Virus record (IMG/VR): IMGVR_UViG_3300036846_000867
Location: 1-64,000 of that record
Reading direction: 5' to 3' (one strand)
From: a virus
DNA length: 64,000 bases
The position numbers were made by a program, and so were the translations under genes. Under the pieces are notes generated by a model that did no database searches, was not told the origin of the DNA, and worked only from the letters and a program-made list of their open reading frames with translations. Position 1 is the first letter of the stretch; each line of letters opens with the position of its first letter. This document shows positions 57,130 to 64,000 of this stretch, piece by piece.

Positions 57130-60100
57130 CGCCCCTGCGCACTGGCCTCTAGTGCAACGACACGGTCACACAGTTCCTGTACGGCGTTGACCAACGCGTA
57201 GATGACATTGCTTGGCTCGGCCAACAGCATCTCGGTCAGTTCTTCATCCTCGGGATCGAGACGACGCTGATCCCGCATAACGAGTTCAGGCATTACGCCA
57301 TTCAACTCGTCAGCGACGAAGCCAAGACGCGTGCGTCCGTCTTGCGTTGTTTCACCACGTCCGTTGTATTTGAAGGTAACCGGACGCAGTTGATAAATCG
57401 CGTCGAGTCCCTGCTTGTAGTCGATTACATCTTCCTTAATACGAATATCAGAAATGACAGCCCATGCGCCGCTTACGTTAGACGTTCCAACACTATTAAA
57501 CAGGGCGTATTGGCTTGCAGCACCGACAGCACCAAACCAGTGTATTGAGTTCTGGTAGGTAATCTGATTGGTTGGCGACCCCCAACATACAATAGCGACG
57601 CGGGCTGAACCATCATAGACACTAACACCGTTACTAGCTAAGTTGAGTACCGCTTGACCACCGCTTTGATAATTACCACCAGAAGCTAAGTTGATGCCGC
57701 TAGAGTTAATTTGAGCATAAATCGAACTGTTTCCAACCGAATAAAAAACATGGTTGTTGTTTGAATAAAGGTTCTGGTTTTGCGAGGAAGCGCCTAGATA
57801 GATAGCGCCACGAGATGAGGCATCGTAAATGTAAGTCCAACTAGCATCTCGTATGAGTGCGTTGTTGCCACTTATCAGATAGCCCCCGGTGGCACTGATG
57901 CTACCACCAGCGGTGAAAGCACCGGTAGACCCAAAGGTGAAGGGAACGCCAGCATCGGTGTTGCCTAAAGTCAGAAGCTTGCTGACACTGTAGAACGCCC
58001 AGCGCCAATTCGCCGTGTTACGGTCGTAAAGCACATAGGTAGCAGTCGAGCCTTGTGCTACAACAACCCCCACAGTGCCGGGATCGGTCGCGACGCTGCC
58101 ACCAACCACCAGCCCGACCGGCATGGTGACAAAGCCGCCGGTGGTGATCCCCAGTCGTACCAACCCGGTGGGATTATCAATGATGTCGAAAATGCCGGTC
58201 GCATCAACAACACCAATCCGCCACGGATGCGTGCCGTTGATCGTCAGCCACGTATCATTACCAGCCGGGGTATGAAGTGTCAGCAATCCGGTGAGCGTCC
58301 CGCCCGTGAGCGGGAGATACGGTGTCGCGACATCAATGGTGGTGGGTGTCGTACCGGTGTTTAACGTCAGACCGGGGCCAGTTTGATAAGTTCCCGCTGG
58401 TCCGGTCGAACCAGCCGGGCCTGTCGCACCGGGCGGCCCCGACATGTTACTTGACGGCACCCATTGCGAACTAGTGCCGTCATTGTACCAGACATAGAGT
58501 TGCCCGGCGGTGCTGTCGTACCAAAGCTCGCCGACAGTGGGGGAACCCGGTGCGGTATCGCTGATGACGATGCTCGCACCGCCGACACCGGTCGGTCCGG
58601 TCGCTCCTGTCGCTCCCGTTGGACCAGTTGGGCCAGTAACGGTACTGGCGGCTCCGGTCGCTCCTGTTGGGCCTGTTGGGCCAGGAACGGTCGAAGCAGC
58701 GCCTGTTGGTCCTGTTGGCCCAGTAACGCCTGTCGCGCCTGTGGCCCCTGTAGGGCCGGTCGCTCCGGGCGCGCCTGCTACGCCTATCCCGGTGGCCCCT
58801 GTGGGGCCTGTGACACCCGTTGGACCGGTCGCTCCGATGGCCCCTGTGGCTCCAGTCGGTCCTGGCACCGTCGAAGCCGCGCCGGTCGGCCCGGTCGCTC
58901 CGGTGGCTCCAGTCGCCCCTGTAGCTCCTGCCGCTCCCGCCGCTCCGCTCGGTCCGGGTGCCCCGGTCGCCCCGGTCGGCCCCGCCGCCGCACTGTTGGC
59001 GATTACCCATTGGGAACTCGTCGGATCGACGTACCAGACATAAAGCTGGCCGACACCGGTCGAGCTATCCCACCACAACGCCCCCGTCGTGGGAGTGACA
59101 GGCGGTGTATCGGACACCGTAATTGAACCGCTGCCGCTGCCGCCTGGGCCGGTTGCGCCGGTCGGCCCGGTCGGTCCAGCAGGGCCGGTTGCGCCGGTCG
59201 GTCCCGCAGGGCCTGGACCACCGCCGCCACCGCCGCCAATCGGCACACCGTTCTGAAAGAAGCCACCGGCCGCGTCGATCAGCCCCTGCGCTGTGACTTT
59301 GCCACTGTGCGTCGTCAGCGGCGTGTTGTGTGCAATCTGGTTTGACGCCGTCTGCGTGATCTGCCCAGGCGCGAGATTGATCGCGGTGGCAGCCGAGCCG
59401 GTCCCCGGCGTGGTGCTACCCATCCCCAGGCCCGAAGCCATCTTCAGCATCGACGAGATATCGGTGCCGACGCCGGGGATCGCGCTGAGCAGGCTGACCG
59501 CCGAATTGCTGCCGTTCAGCGCGCTGGTCAGATTGAAATTGTTGCCGGCCGCGCTGAACGCCATCGAGGCAACGCCGCCCAGCGCGCGGTTGATCGTGCT
59601 GGAGACATCGCCAAGGCTGGTAATGCTGGAGAAATCGAGCCCGGTTACTTGCTGGGAAATACTGTTTATGACGCCCTGGAACGAGCCGTTGGTGATCCCC
59701 TGCCACGCGGAGAGCGCCTGTTCCGCACTGCTGAGGATGCCGCCGGTCAGCTTGGCGGGCGTGCCTGCGCCCGCCTGCTGCACCAGCAAATTCATCGCCG
59801 ACGAGACGGTCTGCGTCGATGACTGAACTGTGGTATTAAATCCCTTGCCGCCGATGCTCAGCGGATTGGTCGGCGTCGTAAAGGCAAATGTCCCGCCCGA
59901 GGACGGGTGAAAATCCATATTGGTTTTGCCGTCCGTCGTCCGTAGCTGGTAGCTGTCGGTGCTGACATTGGGCAGGGCGTTGGGCACCGAACGAAAGCCG
60001 GGAATAAAGAAACCGTCGCTCAGATCGTGCATCCGACTGGCGAACTGGTTTTGAATGCCGCCTTGTGTGTGCCACAGATCGATGCTGCGCGAGGCGAAGA

Positions 60101-60404
60101 TCGACAGCCCCTCGTCGCCCTTCTTAACCGGGATCGTGATCGCCATGCCGCCGCCGCCCAGATTGAGCGTCGGCATGGTCAGCTTGGGAATGGCCTGCCA
60201 GTCGATTGTGCCGCCCGGCTTCAAGACGGCCAGCTTGATCGCCGGATTACCGTCTACCGTGTTAGTCTGCGGATTGTGCTGCTCGGCGATGTTCGGCAGT
60301 GCAACGTGCTGCGTCGCCCGCTGGTTCTGATCAAACTGTCGAAACGGTTCGTCACCATCGTAGAACCGCTCATAGACAGTGAAGATGCCCTTGCTGTCTG
60401 ACAT
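57126..60404 (-). CDS. Baseplate central spike (gp138/gpV-like N-terminal domain) with collagen-like tracts and C-terminal S74-type chaperone domain
   Basis: N-terminus [34 protein letters not shown] tracts at aa ~390-427 and ~474-609. C-terminus [29 protein letters not shown]. Confidence 0.7.
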   Translation of the reverse strand: MSDSKGIFTVYERFYDGDEPFRQFDQNQRATQHVALPNIAEQHNPQTNTVDGNPAIKLAVLKPGGTIDWQAIPKLTMPTLNLGGGGMAITIPVKKGDEGLSIFASRSIDLWHTQGGIQNQFASRMHDLSDGFFIPGFRSVPNALPNVSTDSYQLRTTDGKTNMDFHPSSGGTFAFTTPTNPLSIGGKGFNTTVQSSTQTVSSAMNLLVQQAGAGTPAKLTGGILSSAEQALSAWQGITNGSFQGVINSISQQVTGLDFSSITSLGDVSSTINRALGGVASMAFSAAGNNFNLTSALNGSNSAVSLLSAIPGVGTDISSMLKMASGLGMGSTTPGTGSAATAINLAPGQITQTASNQIAHNTPLTTHSGKVTAQGLIDAAGGFFQNGVPIGGGGGGGPGPAGPTGATGPAGPTGPTGATGPGGSGSGSITVSDTPPVTPTTGALWWDSSTGVGQLYVWYVDPTSSQWVIANSAAAGPTGATGAPGPSGAAGAAGATGATGATGATGPTGAASTVPGPTGATGAIGATGPTGVTGPTGATGIGVAGAPGATGPTGATGATGVTGPTGPTGAASTVPGPTGPTGATGAASTVTGPTGPTGATGATGPTGVGGASIVISDTAPGSPTVGELWYDSTAGQLYVWYNDGTSSQWVPSSNMSGPPGATGPAGSTGPAGTYQTGPGLTLNTGTTPTTIDVATPYLPLTGGTLTGLLTLHTPAGNDTWLTINGTHPWRIGVVDATGIFDIIDNPTGLVRLGITTGGFVTMPVGLVVGGSVATDPGTVGVVVAQGSTATYVLYDRNTANWRWAFYSVSKLLTLGNTDAGVPFTFGSTGAFTAGGSISATGGYLISGNNALIRDASWTYIYDASSRGAIYLGASSQNQNLYSNNNHVFYSVGNSSIYAQINSSGINLASGGNYQSGGQAVLNLASNGVSVYDGSARVAIVCWGSPTNQITYQNSIHWFGAVGAASQYALFNSVGTSNVSGAWAVISDIRIKEDVIDYKQGLDAIYQLRPVTFKYNGRGETTQDGRTRLGFVADELNGVMPELVMRDQRRLDPEDEELTEMLLAEPSNVIYALVNAVQELCDRVVALEASAQGR
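58578..59237 (-). repeat. Collagen-like G-X-Y coding repeats (GPTGATG type) in two blocks
   Basis: Counted from the protein sequence of ORF 57126-60404. They generate long shadow ORFs in other frames. Confidence 0.9.
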
Positions 60405-60405
60405 C

Positions 60406-60738
60406 TCACGGCGTTATCAGAAAAACTCGGCCATCGGTGCCGAAATTATTAAACGTCGGGATGGCGTCCGGAGACACGCCAGGACCAATCGACACCACCG
60501 TCATCCTCGTCGTGGCGGCAAACGGCATATGTTCGAACTGACTAAAGATATCGGTGCCGGTCACCATTGGCAGCCCGTCGATGATCGGATTTGTACCGCC
60601 CTCGTCATAGATGTCGAGCACCCATACCGACATCACCGTGTTCCATTTGAAATACAGCGTGTAAGCAACGCCGTCCCACGTGACAATTTCGAAGAACGGA
60701 TGGCCTGCTTCGGTCGGAATTTCAGCATAAGTTGCCAT
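60406..60738 (-). CDS. Conserved baseplate-region protein (110 aa)
   Basis: ORF track. Directly upstream of the spike gene. Confidence 0.55.
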   Translation of the reverse strand: MATYAEIPTEAGHPFFEIVTWDGVAYTLYFKWNTVMSVWVLDIYDEGGTNPIIDGLPMVTGTDIFSQFEHMPFAATTRMTVVSIGPGVSPDAIPTFNNFGTDGRVFLITP

Positions 60739-60741
60739 CTT

Positions 60742-61710
60742 CTAAAACGGCCCTTGGAAGGACGACGATGTCTGCTCTGGTGGTGGCGACGGCGGCGGCG
60801 GTGGCGGTTCGACATAATCTTTGGATGGCGTAATGCCAGTATCGAATTCCCCGGTCGGATTTGCTGCCGGTGCCATTGTCGTTGGTGGCGGCGGCTCACC
60901 GATAGGTGCCCCCGCATCATCATGAGGATCGGCAACTTTGCTAAATCCGTTGTTGTTGGTAGTATCGGCTACGGTCTTCGCATCCGCTCCCGATGGCGTC
61001 TTGGTATCGGTCGGACCATTGCCCTTGGGCGTCGATGTCGTGTCGGGATTGGTTTGGTCACCGGAATTGCCCGACATGCCCGAGACGGTGGTCGTCTGCG
61101 TGTTGACGATAATAACCTGACGACAGCCAATCTGCGCCATCAACGTGAATTCGGAATGCTGATCGGTGGTCACCACCAACCGCTCGATCAGCATGTTCCG
61201 GTAGACGCGCTTGCCGGTGTACAGATCGAAGGGATGGAACGCATTCTGCAACGCCAGCAGCAGACCGTAGACACCGCTCTCGGCCGACAGATCATGGACC
61301 ATTGCCTTGGACCAGCCGGCGCTGATGTTGACAATCTGCGGCCGGGAAAAGGCATGATCCGAAATCGGTGCCCCGGCCTCGACGGGGTGATCGGTTATCT
61401 GCACCTCATCCGTGTGCTGCTCGTCAATCGTTACCTGCGCGATGATGCCGCCGATGCTGCGGCGGTACGGCACAAACAGCGCGGGCGTCCAATTACTGTT
61501 GGGAAGCACCGCGCTCGGCGCGTTTTGCTCCGGGGCCGCTTCAGCCGTCTGGGTGACATTCGCCACATTCGACACGTCACCGTCACCGGTCGGCGTACCA
61601 CCAGCAAAATCACCGCCGCCGCTGAAATCACCGCCGCCGCTGAAATCGCCACCGGCAAAAGGAACCGGGACTGGAGGGCGTGGCCGTAAGAGATCGGCCA
61701 GCAGAGGCAT
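60742..61710 (-). CDS. Baseplate hub-region protein (322 aa) with N-terminal (GGDF)n repeats
   Basis: FAGGDFSGGGDFSGGGDFAGG. Core ITDHPVEAGAPISDHAF motif seen in phage tail/hub proteins (from memory). Confidence 0.55.
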   Translation of the reverse strand: MPLLADLLRPRPPVPVPFAGGDFSGGGDFSGGGDFAGGTPTGDGDVSNVANVTQTAEAAPEQNAPSAVLPNSNWTPALFVPYRRSIGGIIAQVTIDEQHTDEVQITDHPVEAGAPISDHAFSRPQIVNISAGWSKAMVHDLSAESGVYGLLLALQNAFHPFDLYTGKRVYRNMLIERLVVTTDQHSEFTLMAQIGCRQVIIVNTQTTTVSGMSGNSGDQTNPDTTSTPKGNGPTDTKTPSGADAKTVADTTNNNGFSKVADPHDDAGAPIGEPPPPTTMAPAANPTGEFDTGITPSKDYVEPPPPPPSPPPEQTSSSFQGPF

Positions 61711-61721
61711 TGTCGATCTCC

Positions 61722-63215
61722 CTAATTAGTAAAACCCTGACGCTGGAAAACCGATCCTGGCGATTCTATCGGCTTTCCGTTGGCATCCAGAGCAAGACAG
61801 ATCATATCGCAATACCACGACTGCCCGCGTGTATCCCCGCTGATTTCCATCATGTAAATCTTATAGAGACCGATGGGCGAAGTCGGCACGGGGACATCCT
61901 GCAATTTGAATGTAGCTTCATCCGCACCATAGCTTTGTGCCAAAACGCGATTGGCTTCGGAACCGGTAACCTCCTGACCACCGGGGATAAAAGCAACGCC
62001 AGAAATAAATTCACTGTCCAGCTTGACCAGCCCGCCGATCTTAATCCTCGGATTGAGCAGACAGCGAATTTGCATTCCTTGCGGCGTGGCCTCGGGAATG
62101 CCGACCAACCCAGTCCTGGTGTTGAGCACCACCGCCTCGCCTTCCAGATATTCCTGTTGCGAAACAATATATAGCTTGTTCATATCGACAAAGGTATCCG
62201 CGTTATATTTGACCATCATATCGCGGATATAATGCTGCGAGCTACCGGCGACGATCCAGGGACGCAGCAGCGTGTCTGTGCCCACCTTTTGGCTCATAAA
62301 GCCCACAGGAATACCGATATCGTTGACTATTGTCTTTATGCCATCGCTCTCCATGCTGCCCTGTTCGAAGCGATGCGCCGAATTGGATGTCACCATCTTC
62401 TGGCCATCGGCCGCAATAATTTCGAGGTAAGTGTCGGTCGGGTTCTCCTTGCCTCGCCGATATTGCACCACCATGCCGTCAAAAATTACACCATACTGCC
62501 CATATTTATATCCTGCGCTTAGTTTTATCCGACCAAACTGGATGACCTTCTTCATCGTGGCAGGTGCCATATTATAGACACGCGCATCAAGAAAATTCGG
62601 CGTCGTCGCCGTGTTCTTGTGGACGTTGAAGGTTACTCGCAGCGCAGCAAGCTCCAATCCCTGTTGTTGGCCGGTATTAGTGGAACTGTCACCACCACCG
62701 CCGAAATCGCCGCCGCCGGCAAAATCGCTAGTACCGCCCTCGGCGGGCGGACTGTCACTGCCACCAGCGGGATCGCGCGGCGCACGTAGCAGCGTGGGCG
62801 GCGCGGTGCCACCGCTATTCCCGGTGACGGTTACTGAACCACCGCCACCGCTGCTCGCAAGGGGCGCACCATAGACCGCCAGACTGATCTTCCGTAACCA
62901 TTGCGAGCCGCCGTCCCTGGTGTCACCAGGACCGGAAAACGGCCCCTTCGACGTGTCTAATTTATTGACGACAGCAGTGTTGATGTTATCGGTGTTGGTG
63001 GTGAGACCGCTGCCGCCGCCGCCGTTATTAAGATCGACATCGCCGCCGCCGTAATCACCGCCGCCTACGAAATCGCTACTGCTACCCTCGGCAGGAGGAC
63101 TGTCACTGCCTCCAGCAGGATCGCGTGGGGCTGGTGAATTTCTGGCGAACCGGCTGAGATTGGTCCAGTTCTCTTCGATCTGCGCATCGGTGAAACGCCG
63201 AAAATCATCCGGCAT
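61722..63215 (-). CDS. Baseplate hub/tail-tip protein (497 aa) with duplicated Gly/Asp-rich segment
   Basis: Two copies of PRDPAGGSDSPPAEG..SDF.GGGD.GGG. C-terminal LRVTFNVHKNTATTPNFLDARVYNM..IKLSAGY pattern typical of tail hub proteins (from memory). Confidence 0.55.
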   Translation of the reverse strand: MPDDFRRFTDAQIEENWTNLSRFARNSPAPRDPAGGSDSPPAEGSSSDFVGGGDYGGGDVDLNNGGGGSGLTTNTDNINTAVVNKLDTSKGPFSGPGDTRDGGSQWLRKISLAVYGAPLASSGGGGSVTVTGNSGGTAPPTLLRAPRDPAGGSDSPPAEGGTSDFAGGGDFGGGGDSSTNTGQQQGLELAALRVTFNVHKNTATTPNFLDARVYNMAPATMKKVIQFGRIKLSAGYKYGQYGVIFDGMVVQYRRGKENPTDTYLEIIAADGQKMVTSNSAHRFEQGSMESDGIKTIVNDIGIPVGFMSQKVGTDTLLRPWIVAGSSQHYIRDMMVKYNADTFVDMNKLYIVSQQEYLEGEAVVLNTRTGLVGIPEATPQGMQIRCLLNPRIKIGGLVKLDSEFISGVAFIPGGQEVTGSEANRVLAQSYGADEATFKLQDVPVPTSPIGLYKIYMMEISGDTRGQSWYCDMICLALDANGKPIESPGSVFQRQGFTN

Positions 63216-63219
63216 GGTT

Positions 63220-64000
63220 CTACGCCATATAACGACGGTTATTGCCGATAAAGTTAGCCAACTGGCGATCCGTCGTGTATTTCATCTGCTTCTCATGCAC
63301 ATGGCTGGCATAGACGTGATTATGGACGTTCTGGACTACCCTCGGTGGCTGCTTGGCGGCCTTCTCGGCAGAAGCCGCAGCGGCGGCCTGCTTGTCAGCA
63401 CCTAGCTTTATACTTTTGGCAGCCTTATCCAGTTCTTTCGCGGCATCACCGTAATCGAAATTTCTGTAGTCAGGGAAATGGTACGGATGTACTGCCGGGC
63501 CTTTTCCGCCTCGCGCCTCACTGTGCGGCAGCAGACCGGTAAGCGGGAGATGATATTTTTGGGCCAGTTGATGTAGCTGTTCTTGCACGCCTCGTGGCGC
63601 ACCGTAACCGACACCCTCCAAAATGACGTTCGCATGAGCAGCCTGCAATTCCTCGATCATCTTGCCCATATAGCCGATTTGGCGTTCGTTCAATACTCCA
63701 CCACCACCGGTCTTCTGGTTCGATCCGAAAGCCAAGCCGACAGTCTTATTGGCGAATTCCTTGAAGCGGCCCCTGGTCATGTTGTAGATGGTCTCGGGCG
63801 TTTGCCCGCCTTGACCGATCCCCTCGACACCGAGGGCTTTCGCGGTCCCCAAAGCAATCGAATCACCGAACATCGCAGAGATCGTGTTCTGCGCGGCAGC
63901 ACCAGCAGCAGCAGCGGCAGCGGCTCCTTTCTCCATAGGAGAGCCGCCAGCGACAGCGGTGGGCGGCTTACCGCCAATCGCCCCGGTCGCAAATGATTTG
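63220..64000 (-). CDS. Tail-module protein, C-terminal part (ORF open to window edge), with GDSL/SGNH-hydrolase-like motif
   Basis: The frame stays open from 63936 to 64000 (own check). FGDSIALG block I-like, LAFGSNQ block III-like. Confidence 0.55.
   Translation of the reverse strand, partial: KSFATGAIGGKPPTAVAGGSPMEKGAAAAAAAGAAAQNTISAMFGDSIALGTAKALGVEGIGQGGQTPETIYNMTRGRFKEFANKTVGLAFGSNQKTGGGGVLNERQIGYMGKMIEELQAAHANVILEGVGYGAPRGVQEQLHQLAQKYHLPLTGLLPHSEARGGKGPAVHPYHFPDYRNFDYGDAAKELDKAAKSIKLGADKQAAAAASAEKAAKQPPRVVQNVHNHVYASHVHEKQMKYTTDRQLANFIGNNRRYMA

Noticed and set aside
47650-60404. A diversity-generating retroelement acting on the fibre genes
   Set aside because: There is no reverse transcriptase ORF and no template/variable repeat pair with adenine-specific differences. 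The similarities among the fibre genes are ordinary paralogy.

Overview
High-GC (about 60% by eye) tailed-phage or prophage segment; the host is probably a proteobacterium (a guess from codon usage and promoter style). No database search was possible, so every domain call rests on motif recognition by eye. Layout: (i) 1-3.2 kb: a partial repeat-containing ORF and two tandem paralogous P4-type integrase genes. (ii) 3.2-16.6 kb: one long leftward, translationally coupled recombination/replication/nucleotide operon (PD-(D/E)XK-like nuclease, RecA-like recombinase, gp32-like SSB, clamp loader, UDG-like::exo::PolA polymerase, sliding clamp, DpdA-like transglycosylase, class II RNR, NusG/RfaH-like factor, RHH regulator). 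(iii) 16.6-23.3 kb: regulatory/accessory hub with divergent early promoters, a low-GC HNH::SF2-helicase cassette bracketed by ~125-bp structured direct repeats, and a ~1.1-kb non-coding region with a 39-bp iteron-like array. (iv) 23.3-46.8 kb: about 50 mostly small rightward genes in promoter-delimited cassettes, including an Amidoligase_2 enzyme, a GGCT-like enzyme, primase, a sigma-like protein, a QueC-like enzyme, a dNMP nucleotidase and a minimal ligase. (v) 46.8-64 kb: leftward baseplate/tail-fibre module (baseplate J, central spike with collagen-like tracts, three proteins ending in S74-type intramolecular chaperone domains), continuing beyond the window. No rRNA, tRNA, CRISPR array or transposase was seen. 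Most interesting: a dispersed putative DNA-hypermodification toolkit (DpdA + QueC + amidoligase + GGCT + nucleotidase), two distinct promoter grammars, a covarying leader hairpin at three promoters, a structured leader before dpdA, and the repeat-bracketed helicase cassette.
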